Of a DNA stretch of 64,000 bases, positions 13,979 to 27,412 are shown one piece after another. The notes beneath the pieces are model-generated. The model had not been told where the DNA came from. It searched no databases and worked only from the letters and a program-made list of their open reading frames with translations. A program made the position numbers and the translations under genes. Positions within the stretch are counted from its first letter, which is position 1. Each line of letters begins with the position of its first letter. Source of the stretch: Octopus bimaculoides (taxonomy: Eukaryota); contig NC_069002.1 of the NCBI RefSeq assembly GCF_001194135.2, positions 28,544,718 through 28,608,717 on the forward strand, in the 5' to 3' direction.

Positions 13979-14418
13979 ACCACCACCACCATCATCATCA
14001 TCAAAGTAAATATTTGTGTAAAACAGCAAAGTGGTGTCTCGCTTCCGTGGGAGATGCAGCACAACATTTGCATAAGAATGCATTATCTCTCTCTCTCTAC
14101 ATACGCATATATCCAATTATATAAGGCGCAATATTTTATATTGAATTTGTTTACGCCCACGTAACTTAGCAGTTCGGCAAAAAAATTGAATAGAATAAGT
14201 GTCAAAATTAAGACATGCACAGGAGTCATTCTGTTCGACTAAAACTTTCCGAGGCGGTGCTCCAGCATGGCAGCAACTCAATGACTGAAACAGTTTAAAG
14301 ATAAATATAGATAGATACATCTTAAATGTTTATATACAAATCATGAGTGACGAAAACAGTATCAGTACCAAAAAGCTTTTTTTTATATATCCAACTAAAC
14401 ATGGATGTCATGTTAGAG

Positions 14419-14729
14419 CAGAGGTTTTCAAACTTTTTGGGCCACGGCTCCCCTCATGGCCACATAATACCCTCAGCGCCCCACCACTATTTTCATGTAT
14501 AAATGAATATTTAATATTTTATTAATTTATGTAATCTATGAATCATTTAATATTTAATATAATATATAACCTGTATACAATACTATAATAATATTATAAA
14601 TTCGTAGCGTCCCCCAATCCACTGCCTTCTTCCCAACGCCTTTTTCTCTACCGCCACACCCCTCCCCATCTGGACCCTCTGAACGCCCACTGGTTGGGGG
14701 GGCGGTAGCGCCCACTTTGAGAACCTATG
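14419..14729. mobile_element. hAT (Charlie-like) MITE
   Basis: TIR CAGAGGTTTTCAAACT versus reverse complement CATAGGTTCTCAAAGT; 8-bp TSD TGTTAGAG / TGTTAGAA. Confidence 0.85.
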
Positions 14730-14816
14730 TGTTAGAACACCGAATACTGTGTTAGAACACCGAATACTGTGTTATGAACCTCGGAAGATCCTCTCATATA
14801 GGCGCTTGGTGGATAA

Positions 14817-14859
<43 letters not shown>

Positions 14860-15129
14860 TCATAGTAAACGCAATTCGTCTGTCATGGATGCGGGAAATC
14901 ATGTGATTTCGTTCTGGAAGTTTTATTTGTCCATCTATCTTCTGGAATTCAGCGGTAGGACGCACCGGGTAACCGCATGCCAGTCAAATCTCGCTGCCAT
15001 GATATAGAGAATTTCAGCATCCTTTCAGACACTGATGCTGCAAATAGCCAAAAGGCTTATTACAAATTATTAGCGATGGAAGCAGTATTAACACTAAAAA
15101 AAAGTCATCTAACATGGATGCTTTCTTAG

Positions 15130-15548
15130 AACACCGAATACACGAGCTTCAAATCTTCCAGAAGATTCAACAGGCATTTAGCTATGATTTCATGGGCAAA
15201 ACTCAGATCAGAGAGTGGTACAAACCACTTCAAACATGGTCACACCGTAGTGGAGAGCGAGGCACACTTAGGCAGGCCATCTACAAACCAAAGCAAAGAG
15301 CGGATTGAAAACGCTCGGTGAATAGTCATGGAAGATCGTCGTGTAACAATGCAGGCGATTACACGCGAAGTACGAATAAGCACAGAATGAGTGCCTTCTC
15401 TTGTAATGGAGGATTTGAGCATTCAAAGGGTATTGGCAAAGCAGCAGAAGCAACTCCGCTTGGAAATTGCCCAAGACATGCTAGACTCAGCAAATCACGA
15501 CTCAGATTCGAAGACCATCATCACTGATGATGAGACATGGGTTTATGG
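15130..15548 (+). mobile_element. Mariner transposase N-terminal fragment (frameshifted)
   Basis: IQQAFSYDFMGKTQIREWY, EDRRVT, RLEIAQDML and KTIITDDETWVY motifs (HTH to first catalytic D). Confidence 0.85.
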
Positions 15549-15585
15549 TCTCTGCTCGGTGCGTTTGGTTATATTACGTGAAAAA

Positions 15586-15807
15586 GGGCGTAGCGGTTAA
15601 GAGCGCGGGCTACTAACCCCAAGATTCCGAGTTCGATTCCAAGCAGTGACCTGAATAATAATAACATCAAAAAATACCTTAGGAATGAGAACCCGGATTC
15701 AAAATTTCCCCAAGACACCCGATGAAAGCTGGAGGGTATATCAGCCAAAACGTTGTTTTAACAACAAACAAGATGAGGACAAATATCCGTCAAATGTAAA
15801 TAATGTA
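15586..15807 (+). mobile_element. Family D element: tRNA-like head + (AAT)n + degenerate hammerhead motif
   Basis: GGCGTAGCGGTTAAG (A box), GTTCGATTCC (B box); core mutated to CCGATGA...AAAAC; homologous to 50906-51145; 3' end runs into a gap. Confidence 0.8.
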
Positions 15808-17461
15808 NNNNNNNNNNNNNNNNNNNNNNNNNNNNNNNNNNNNNNNNNNNNNNNNNNNNNNNNNNNNNNNNNNNNNNNNNNNNNNNNNNNNNNNNNNNNN
15901 NNNNNNNNNNNNNNNNNNNNNNNNNNNNNNNNNNNNNNNNNNNNNNNNNNNNNNNNNNNNNNNNNNNNNNNNNNNNNNNNNNNNNNNNNNNNNNNNNNNN
16001 NNNNNNNNNNNNNNNNNNNNNNNNNNNNNNNNNNNNNNNNNNNNNNNNNNNNNNNNNNNNNNNNNNNNNNNNNNNNNNNNNNNNNNNNNNNNNNNNNNNN
16101 NNNNNNNNNNNNNNNNNNNNNNNNNNNNNNNNNNNNNNNNNNNNNNNNNNNNNNNNNNNNNNNNNNNNNNNNNNNNNNNNNNNNNNNNNNNNNNNNNNNN
16201 NNNNNNNNNNNNNNNNNNNNNNNNNNNNNNNNNNNNNNNNNNNNNNNNNNNNNNNNNNNNNNNNNNNNNNNNNNNNNNNNNNNNNNNNNNNNNNNNNNNN
16301 NNNNNNNNNNNNNNNNNNNNNNNNNNNNCTATACAATTGTAATATATGTGTGAGTATGTGTGTTTGTGTGTGTATATATATATATATATATATACACACG
16401 TATATATCTATACATATGTCATTCTCCCTCTCTCGCCATCTATACATCTCCGTAAGACTCTCACATAAAAATTTGTCTGTATCACAATTAATTCTTTATT
16501 TCAGACATACTATGCAGTAAAAAAAAAAAAGCCCGCCGCTACACTGTTTACTTACATTTACAATCAGACGACCTCTAGTTTATGGTTCGGTTTTGTCTTG
16601 GAACCGTTTAAAAAGTAATATTCGATCGACACTGTAATTTTATTACCATATACAACAACATTTATTACAGAACAATTCCTCTCAAACATGTACTTTTGCT
16701 TTAGATCTACGTTTCCTTTTATGAAGAACACGCTCCTAATTTGGTCATATTACGTTGCTAACTTTCTACTTGATCTTTTAAGTATTTTTCCGACTTTCGT
16801 TTTCATTCTGAAGACTAATTTTGTAATCGCTAACGCCCACAAGAACGAGAATATTTCTTTGTTTCCTTCTTTTTTTCTTCTTCTTTTGCATCTGAAATGT
16901 CACCCGAAGCTTCTCGTGGTTTTCAAAAGAAAAGTTAGTTTATTATTAGAAGCTAAAAGACATAATGATAATTAAAATAATTGTTTTAAGATTATGGACT
17001 CAAATGTATGTATGTATGAATGTGTGTATGTACGTACTTACGTATGTATGTATGTGTGTGTGTGTGTGTTTGTGTGTGTGTATGTGTGTATGTGTGTGTG
17101 GAGAGAAAGAGTGATTATCAAGTACTTTTTAATGAAAATTTATACAATATCATTGTTTCAAAGGAGATCAATAATATTTTGTTTTTGTCTCTCTAAAAAT
17201 TTCTTGTATTTGCTGATAAATAAAACATCAGACTCCAAACTTATTATCAATCAAAGATCAATAGTCAGCAGAAATATTTTCGTAATTTTGCTTCTTCGTC
17301 TATTCTTAATTGAATTCTAATTGAGTCACTGGAAATTATTAAGGACCAGTTTGACAAATCTTCATAACCTGATGTCGGTTTGAGAAAACCTTCTTGAACG
17401 ATATAAAGATCCTGCTCGAATCATTTAGACTCCCGGGTTTTGTAGCCTAAATATTTAACCC

Positions 17462-17648
17462 CACTCCTCCCTGGAGTGAACGCCAGTCCACCGCAGTGTT
17501 ACTCACTTCTGCCACCTGAGAGAACTGGAACAACGTAACATGAAGTGTTTTGCCCAAGAACACAACGCGTAGCTCGGTCCAAGAATCGAAAACACAATCT
17601 TACAACCACGAGTCGAACACCTTAACCACTAAGCCACGTGCCTCCACT
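17462..17648 (-). mobile_element. tRNA-derived SINE, family F
   Basis: Reverse complement GTGGAGGCACGTGGCTTAGTGGTTAAGG...TTTCGATTC, then TGTGTTCTTGGGCAAAACAC and TGCGGTGGACTGGCG boxes typical of metazoan SINE central domains. Confidence 0.7.
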
Positions 17649-18792
17649 ATTGAACAACATAAATTACAGGAAAATATCCTGGGCGAAAAATCGCTGAATT
17701 TTATGTGTGTATGATGTATGTGCGCGTGTATTTAAATGTGCATATATAGATGTATTGCAGCAGAAAACAAAAATATTAATGGTTTCAATTGACACAAGGC
17801 CCGCAGTTTTAGCTAGAGGTGATCGATTCAGTCGACCACAGTATTTAACCAGTACTTTGTAGAATCTGAGTTGGTGCTCATTTACAACATAGAACTATAA
17901 AACCGGTGGAATGGTGTTGGAATTTAAAGTATATCGGACTGCTACTGTATTCTTTAAAGAAACACATACTACCGTTTATATCTCTTAAACATATTAGGTT
18001 CTCACGTTGTGAAAGAAACTGCTTCAACAGGTGATCCATCATCTTTTTTCCATAGTAAAATTGCTCTTTTGTTTGGTTTGGGGGATTCTAAGGATCTTTA
18101 TTGAAAAATATAAACAAATTTTCTTTAGTATGACAGAAATAGGAAAGGTGGCAAAACGTTGATTTATTATAAAAATAATCATTTGGTAATATGCCATGTT
18201 CTACGATTCTGAAAAGCCTGCCGGTGAGCAAGCTAGTTCCAAAAATGATTATATTAAACACACCATGATATAAGAACCAATGGTTAATGGGTTTGAAATC
18301 TTCATTAATACAGGGAAACCTGACAGAATCGTTAGAGCGCTGAAAAAAATATATAGTTTTGCGATATTTCTGCCGGCTTTTTACGTGCCGAGTTCAAATC
18401 CTGCCGCGATCAACTTTATTTATGAAAAGCAAAGTACCAGTCAAGCACTGGAAGCGATGGCACTGGCTTAAACCCTCTCCTCAAAATCGCTGGTTCAATT
18501 AGAAGCCATTGATAGAAGAAATGCCGAAGACTGTTCCTTTTGTTACACTTAACTGTGTAAACCAAAGCCAACAAGAGAATCTCTACACAGTCATTCACAC
18601 TGTTAGAAATAGCAGTCAAATGTCCTTCAAATCACACCTTATCGTTTAAGAAAAATACATCGGATAAGATAGTTTTGAGTTCGTTATTTCTAGTGGTGGG
18701 ACAGGCATAACCATGATTGATGTCTTCGATCAAAGTTTTGTTTGATTGGAGTCGACTTGAAGCCATGCAATTACTACTACTACTACTACTAC

Positions 18793-19160
18793 TGTGGAGG
18801 CGCAATGGCCCAGTGGTTAGGGCAGCGGACTCGCGGTTTCGATTCCCAGACCGGGTGTTGTGAGTGTTTATTGAGCGAAAACACCTAAAGCCCCACGAGG
18901 CTCCGGCAGGGGATGGTGGAGAACCCTGCTGTACTCTTTCACTACATCTTTCTCTCACTCTTACTTCCTGTTTCTGTTGTGCTTGTAATTCAAAGGGCCA
19001 GCCTTGTCACACTGTGTCACGCTGAATCCCACCGAGAACTACGTTAAGGGTACACGTGTCTGTGGAGTGCTCAGCCACTTGCACGTTAATTTCACGAGCA
19101 GGCTGTTCCGTTGATCGGATCAACTGGAACCCTCGACGTCGTAAGCGACGGAGTGCCAAC
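18793..19160 (+). mobile_element. tRNA-derived SINE, family A
   Basis: TGGCCCAGTGG A box, TTCGATTCC B box; small internal deletion at a TCGCGG repeat relative to other copies. Confidence 0.9.
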
Positions 19161-21099
19161 ACACACAACACTACTACTGCTGCTGCTGCAGCAAATGGTA
19201 ATATCATAATTCCCAATAAACTTCGTTCAAACGTAGCCATGTTGTATCTATCCTCTACCCACGAATATCCATACGTATAATCAGGCCCCTCCGCTACCAT
19301 CAATGAAAGCCATCCTCACGCACCCACACCCAACCACTTCTATCTCCTCCATACATCCACGTACGTGACTCAATCTTCCTTTTGCGTTATTTTCAATGAC
19401 GCCCTAACGATGTAGGTTTTATTAACGTATCATTATTAAGGTATTATTATTATTATTATAAACGTTGCTGTAGATCAGTAGCTCAAGGGGTTTGTTTGTT
19501 TATTGTTCCTTAAGTATATCATGCACATTTTTCGACTATCATTTTTCCACATCCCGGCCCAATTTCTCCCCAGAAGACATTATATTATTGCACATTCGCT
19601 TCTTCCTTGATTCTGAGGGAACGCTATTCATAAACCAACCAATTGTTAAGAATTAATAGACATTAGCCGTGCCGTAGTTTTAATGTAATAAAATTAGATG
19701 AACGGGTTTAGGAAGTTATATAGAAATATAGAAAGTAAAATACACACACAAAAAAATAAATTATTGCATCATTTAATGCAACCAACAAGGTTATATTTAC
19801 CGTGGGGAGATAATAAAAGATGACTTTTACAATATGGAAACCATTTTTCAAAGAGAAAGAACTACAATGGCTTACATAAATATAGAGCAGAAAATAGCTG
19901 TAGTTCATGTAATACTTATGTAATATGAAAAGCAGATTGTTCTATCTTTGCATGGAGTTTAAAAGATATGACTAAGAGACTGGAGTAGGTGGGTGGGGGG
20001 GGGAAGCAGTGTGAAAATAAAAGAAACAGAAATGATTCTAGGAAAGAATGAGATTCGAAAATTATCTTTTAAAATTTAAGTATTTGAATGACTAGAAAAC
20101 ATTTGACTGATAAATTTATGTTTCATTTCCTTTTTCTTGACGTGTCAAAATGTTCGTCGCACCGATGCGACTTGGTCATCGCTGTCATTGGTCGTGGTTA
20201 TATTCTTTGCATGGCTTTATTCGCATGATAATTATTTAAAAAGATTCGGAGGAACTAACAAACCCAAACATGGTTTACAAATCAGACTTAATTGGTTGAA
20301 ACTGAGGCGGGATCTCAACTATTTGCCTCTCCTGTATAATGTGAGACGCAAGACATGTATCACTGGTGTCCATGCATTGTATATGACATACATTCCCAAT
20401 TTTTATCAAGAACCAAAGCAACTTGGGACTTAAAGGAAAGCTTTATATTACTCAGAACATATGAAACGAGGGCTAACTAATAGTCTGAAAACAAGCATGG
20501 ACGTTTAGGAAGAACTTGCGAAAATGCTTTAGGAAAGCAATGGGTTAATAGCTGAACAAAACCTGTGACTGCAAACTAAAAGTAATATAATAATATATTT
20601 ATAATCTAATATAAAAATATATAGGATTCTTGTAGAAGTCATACACAAATAAATCACATGAAACTTCAGAAGAAAAATCACCAACGGATACAATAAAGTT
20701 GATGATAGCCACAGAAGAACGTTTAGGTGGTCACTCAACCTGCTAGTAATTGCAGCCAAATGTTCTAATCACACTATCGTTTTAGAAAGAAAACAAAGCA
20801 AAAAAAAAAAAATAACCGTCACATTGCATAATATGTTGGATTCTCTGCACGTAAGAAAAAGATGGTTTGGTCACAATTGAAATGTCTGATCATCTGCTTA
20901 CTGATAAGAGCTGATTTAGGGCTATACAACAGCAAAAGCAACAAAATCTAGTTGTGTGCAGCGGAAATTTTGCCTGAAATATGGCAGACAAACATGAACC
21001 AGGACTAGTTGACTGAAAAAGATGGAGCAACACGTTTTTAAAATACTGGCAGCAAGATCATACATCCTAGATATAAAAACTAGGACCACATACACTATA

Positions 21100-21948
21100 C
21101 AGAGTATTGAGGTTAAGACGAGCTTTATGTCTCCCTTTTTTCAGGAATAGCTTTATGTATTAGTGGACAGTCAACGACGTTGGGGGGCATAAAGATTAAA
21201 ATTCTAGTTGAGAAAAAGTTAGTTGCCGTGTAGGACTGGAAGCCTTCTGAATACTGGAAAAGAGTTACCTGTATCATGAGGATTGGCGCAAGGTGTCGTC
21301 ATTTTCAATGCTCTGTGAACACTGTAAAGGCTGTAAGACGTGACAGACTGCTGCAGCTGGGGCTACGAAGCCGCGGCCAGCAGGAAGGGACACAACAGGC
21401 GTTTTGGCTCTGTCCCACGCCAGAATTCATCCAGCAATTGATGAGCAGGGTCTTACGCTCAATTGAGACGGTCAATCCTTGGCAGAAGAGGGTTGCTCCT
21501 GGAAGGCCGAATATGTAGCAGAAGGATTCGGCTCTTTACCATACCCCTGGAAAATGTCAGAAGCGGTGGTCGGAGAATTTCTACGACTTCACAATCCCAA
21601 AATTCTGGTCTCTTAATTCCTCTGATTGTAATCCCATGGATATTACTGTGTGGGACGCAGTTGGGAAAGACACCAACCGCTCTTCCTGTAATACCAAGGC
21701 CGAGCTGGTAGGCAAAAGCAAGGTGGTTTTCGAAGATATTTCCAGGGACATAGTGAAGAATGGATGCACCAGGTTGTATAGCCGTCTTGATGCCGTGATA
21801 GTAGCTGAAGACAGCTCCTTTGAGTAAACTGTTATCGCCCAGCCATAATCTAGTGGATATTTTTTGAATTTTAAAAATAATTTTTAGCTGAGATCTTGTG
21901 TTTTCATTTCCTTTTATATAAAACTAAAGATTTATCCCGAACACCCTG
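21100..21948 (+). mobile_element. Internally deleted maT-type (DD37D) Tc1/mariner element
   Basis: TA-flanked imperfect TIRs (TACAGAGTATTGAGG / reverse complement TACAGGGTGTTCGGG); D-SALYH...DCNPM-D spacing counted as 37 residues. Confidence 0.85.
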
Positions 21949-22567
21949 TAATTATTTAATAAGTATTTATTCCTAATTAAAGAAAACGATTCCCTGAAAT
22001 TCTTGAAGCAACTGTCTAATTATTACAAGTTGGAAATATTAATATACAGACAACGTTCATTATACAACAATCCCCCACCTCACCACCGCAATCTCCCCTC
22101 TAGTGGAGCAATGCACTATTGATAATAAAGACATGCTATAAGAATTCTCAGACAGCACAGCACCAAATGCTGTTATTTATGTACAAGTGTGATACATTAC
22201 AAGCATTATTGTAATATAGATAAGGAAATAAGTTTGGCGATAACAGCTAACATGCACACTGCAGTGATTCATAAGAATATTAATAGCAATAACACAACAT
22301 CAATGATACTAATAATAACAATAATTAGTTGAGGTTTTGGCACAGGATCAGCAAGTTTTAGGTGGGGTGGAGGTATCGATGAAATCGACCTCGGTGGTAT
22401 TTGAACTCAGAACGCAATGAGCTGAAAGAAATTTTAAGCATTTTGTCTGACTCGTTATCGATTCTGCCAATAATATATGATATAAACTTTATATCACCAT
22501 CATGAACGCAGTTAAGACGTTCTCAGACTTGATCCTACTATCTAGCGTCTTTGGTAATTGTTTTAAC

Positions 22568-22606
<39 letters not shown>

Positions 22607-23807
22607 NNNNNNNNNNNNNNNNNNNNNNNNNNNNNNNNNNNNNNNNNNNNNNNNNNNNNNNNNNNNNNNNNNNNNNNNNNNNNNNNNNNNNNNNNNNNNN
22701 NNNNNNNNNNNNNNNNNNNNNNNNNNNNNNNNNNNNNNNNNNNNNNNNNNNNNNNNNNNNNNNNNNNNNNNNNNNNNNNNNNNNNNNNNNNNNNNNNNNN
22801 NNNNNNNNNNNNNNNNNNNNNNNNNNNNNNNNNNNNNNNNNNNNNNNNNNNNNNNNNNNNNNNNNNNNNNNNNNNNNNNNNNNNNNNNNNNNNNNNNNNN
22901 NNNNNNNNNNNNNNNNNNNNNNNNNNNNNNNNNNNNNNNNNNNNNNNNNNNNNNNNNNNNNNNNNNNNNNNNNNNNNNNNNNNNNNNNNNNNNNNNNNNN
23001 NNNNNNNNNNNNNNNNNNNNNNNNNNNNNNNNNNNNNNNNNNNNNNNNNNNNNNNNNNNNNNNNNNNNNNNNNNNNNNNNNNNNNNNNNNNNNNNNNNNN
23101 NNNNNNNNNNNNNNNNNNNNNNNNNNNNNNNNNNNNNNNNNNNNNNNNNNNNNNNNNNNNNNNNNNNNNNNNNNNNNNNNNNNNNNNNNNNNNNNNNNNN
23201 NNNNNNNNNNNNNNNNNNNNNNNNNNNNNNNNNNNNNNNNNNNNNNNNNNNNNNNNNNNNNNNNNNNNNNNNNNNNNNNNNNNNNNNNNNNNNNNNNNNN
23301 NNNNNNNNNNNNNNNNNNNNNNNNNNNNNNNNNNNNNNNNNNNNNNNNNNNNNNNNNNNNNNNNNNNNNNNNNNNNNNNNNNNNNNNNNNNNNNNNNNNN
23401 NNNNNNNNNNNNNNNNNNNNNNNNNNNNNNNNNNNNNNNNNNNNNNNNNNNNNNNNNNNNNNNNNNNNNNNNNNNNNNNNNNNNNNNNNNNNNNNNNNNN
23501 NNNNNNNNNNNNNNNAGAACTCGTGACCTTACGATCGTGAGCCGAAAACCGTATCCACTAAGCCATATATTTGCATATGCATTGTTCTTGGTTGCTTACG
23601 TTTCGCTGTTGTAAGAGTGCTGCACATTTTTAAAGCCAGTGGTGGATTAGTTAATGAAATGATTTTGTGGTAGGCAGGCCTCACCATAAGTAGATTGCGA
23701 GAGACAGTGAAGAAGCAGATGCGTGTTATAAATATGAAGATATTTTTGAAATATATCTTATCTACTGAACATTCAGATTGAATATCATGTCACATAGATA
23801 GATCAGT

Positions 23808-23842
<35 letters not shown>

Positions 23843-25574
23843 TGCGGAAGCCGTAATTTATTAACTCCAACATGGAGCTAACAACCCTCGCTGCCATATT
23901 ATGTAGCGAGATTCTTTACCTATTAATAGTTTCTAACAGTTTTCTAAACATTTTAGATGCTGCATAGTTATTTTGTTTGCCGTCTGAAGCTCTATCCCGA
24001 GAGAGTCATTTATTAAGTTGGTATGCCGCCACTCTCACTTTAGTTCCTTATTCTTCTCTATATCAGTATATTTCGTTACAGATAACGAAATATGTTTATA
24101 TTATTTCCCCTTTGTTGAGGAATATGTTATTACTAAGATGTTAGAGGAAGATACCCGTGTTTAAGAAGTCTTCTCCAATATCCTTCTCGATAGCGTTTCA
24201 GAAACTATTATCGTATATTTCCTCTCACTTCATATTCTTCATCTAAGAGACTTGTCTTCTTAACAACATGTTTTTACCATTTCTGGGAATCGAATCTTCT
24301 GGAAATTTCCCTAACATTTGTTTCCTATATATATATATATATATAATTTCGTTTTTCCTTTCAATTGTGATTTGCTCATTCCAATTTGGAAATATTTAAA
24401 GATATTTATCTACATATTCCTCCTAAGTACAACAGACACCCATTATCTTCTACAATAAGATATATTTCGTCGTTGAGTTAAATAACAGTACAGCGACTTC
24501 ACGTTGCCAAAAGTCACTGATATTATATAATCTATTGGTTACCAACATAAACAGTAAACAGTGGATGTCAGATTTAAAAACACGTCGTATTCAATTAGGC
24601 CCACACACACATATATATACATTTTGTCCACTTGCAGCCTTTTGGGTACTCGCCAAAGTGATCGTTTTCAACTGTGTAAACTATCCGTTGTAGATATTTC
24701 ATATATACAATAGATTCACATTCACTAATACCAGCGCACACATATGCATAGGTGCATAGATATATGCATGCATATGTTTATGTGTATGTAAACTTCAAAT
24801 GCATTTTTTACCTTATAAAATGTAATCGTATCTTTGTTTCTGATGAATTCGGAATTAACCCGTTAAACTTGGAATACATCTATTGCAGGCGTAGGTTTAG
24901 AATACTTGTCTCCGTTTTAATGAGTTATAAACTAAAAGCTTAGGTGAGGCCCTCGATTCTATGGCTCCCACATATAAGGTCGGTACTACTGCGACATACA
25001 GACGTCCTGTATCATATCTAGATAAGGGCCATCCACTCGATTGGCGTAAAGTTAATGCTCCAGATATCTCCTCCCTCTGCTTTTTCGACCGTTACTATTA
25101 CGGCCTTTGCTCTTTGGAGTTGGATCGGCTCGCGTTCTGTCTAATCAAGCACTCCCATCTCATCTTTCCTTTACTCATCACTTTTGTTCTTCCCAACACT
25201 TCCACGTCCTATGTTAACTATGTCCAGCCTTTCCTTCCCAGAACATCAACCCCCGAAATGTGTCGTGTGGATATATNNNNNNNNNNNNNNNNNNNNNNNN
25301 NNNNNNNNNNNNNNNNNNNNNNNNNNNNNNNNNNNNNNNNNNNNNNNNNNNNNNNNNNNNNNNNNNNNNNNNNNNNNNNNNNNNNNNNNNNNNNNNNNNN
25401 NNNNNNNNNNNNNNNNNNNNNNNNNNNNNNNNNNNNNNNNNATTATACACACACATACATACGACACACAGACACATATATCTTAATACTTATATATGAA
25501 CAGATCAACACACACACACACATATATATTTTATATATATATATACACACACACTCATATATATTATATAGGGC

Positions 25575-25664
25575 CAGGCATGGATGTCTGGTAAAAAATG
25601 TACTTTCTAGCCACATGGTTCCTTGGACAAGTATCTTTTACTGTAGCCCTGAACCGATCAAATG

Positions 25665-25724
<60 letters not shown>

Positions 25725-25930
25725 ACATACCTATGTGGGTGTATCTTCGTGTTTATGCTTGTCCTCCATCACCGCTTGACAAGCTGTGTTGGCTCATTTG
25801 CATCCCTGTATATATAAGCGGTTCGACCGATAGAATAAATAATAGGCTTACAGAAAGTACTGGGATTGATTCGTTCTACTAAAACCCTTCAAGGCGGGGC
25901 CCCATCATGCCCACAGTCTAATGACTGAAA
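25575..25930 (+). mobile_element. SINE family C
   Basis: CCACATGGTTCC head, long internal (TG)n, family C 3' part. Confidence 0.8.
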
Positions 25931-26784
25931 CGTATTAGTTATGTAATGCTGTTATGTTATATACACCCCAAGAACACGAAGTATATTCATATACCCGAAG
26001 TGGTGTAGGATCTCCGTCGTTTAGTTTTTGAATCGACAGAATCAGAGTGTGACAATGCATGACAAGGCTGACCATTTGAATTACTGGTACTCTCCACTTG
26101 ACAGGTTTCCATATAATTTCCATTTACTCAATTTCACGTGCAAGTTATTGGTCGACCCGACCAATATGCCACACTGTAGGATCGAACCTGAGACCTCGTG
26201 GTTTGGTTGCATCTAACTAAGTATATGTAATATCAAATGCATATCTAAGTATATGTAGTATGAATAAAATTCACATTAGGGAACATTTATTTAGAATACA
26301 CTAAATATTAAACCTGAAGTTTGCTTTCCGAATTTAACCACCCAGGGCTAAAATGCATAAAAATGGCAGCATACATACAATGCCAAAAAAGAAATGGCTA
26401 CAGGTAAACTGTGGCATAAATTTCTTTAATATACTTGCCAATATTTCTTGACAAAGCAAAAGCTGTGAATGAATCCCCTGCCTATCTTATATATATATNN
26501 NNNNNNNNNNNNNNNNNNNNNNNNNNNNNNNNNNNNNNNNNNNNNNNNNNNNNNNNNNNNNNNNNNNNNNNNNNNNNNNNNNNNNNNNNNNNNNNNNNNN
26601 NNNNNNNNNNNNNNNNNNNNNNNNNNNNNNNNNNNNNNNNNNNAAAAAGAGAGAGAGTAACAAAGACTTAAGCATTGTTAGAAAAATATCGGCTGTCAAA
26701 GCGTAACGCTGTATCGGCGAGACAGATGTATTTTATTTATTTATATCACAACATATAATAAATTATGATTTTGAATGTGATAGT

Positions 26785-27412
26785 TCAATTCCACCGAGGT
26801 CAAACTTTATTTCATCGACTTTGGGGGAAAGAAAAGCAAAATGCCAGTTAAGTACTAGGGTGGTGGGGAGAGTAACCCCACTCCCGTCGACATTTTTGCT
26901 ATTGTACTTAATCAGAAACTGTTATAATAACGGCTTGTAGTTTAGGCACAAGACCTGCTATTTTAAGGGGACGTGTTTAGCCGATACCGTTGACCCCATT
27001 ACTGATGCTTTATTTTATCAACCCCGATAGGATAAATGACAAAGTTGATCTCGGCGGGATCTGTTCTGTGTTCAAATCCCGCCGAGTTCAACTTTGCTTT
27101 CATCCGTTCTGGGCGGAGGTTAGTAGACGGTATCGGCTAATTCCACCCCTTCAAAAACTGCTGGCCTTGTGTCTAAACCAGAAAGAAACAATTATAATTG
27201 CTTCAAATTTTGGCAGAAGATCAATTTTAGGGAAATGGCATTAGTTGATTATATCGATCTCAGTACTTGACTGCTACTAAACCTCATCCACCCCAAAAGG
27301 ATGAAAGACAAAATTAACCTCATCCGTATTTGAACTCAAGAATATAAAGAAGTGTGAAAAATGTTGGAAAACATTTTTTTCCGTCGCTTTAACGATTCTG
27401 CCAACTAATTGC
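26785..27412. mobile_element. Cluster of four SINE family B fragments in alternating orientation
   Basis: TTCCACCGAGGTCAA (+), AAAGTTGATCTCGGCGG (-), GTTCAAATCCCGCCGAG (+), GGATGAAAGACAAA...TTTGAACTC (-). Confidence 0.75.

Noticed and set aside
24840-24880. CTGATGA...CGG/CCG...AAAC hammerhead-like string
   Set aside because: Stem II is only 3 bp, GAAA is missing and stem I is absent
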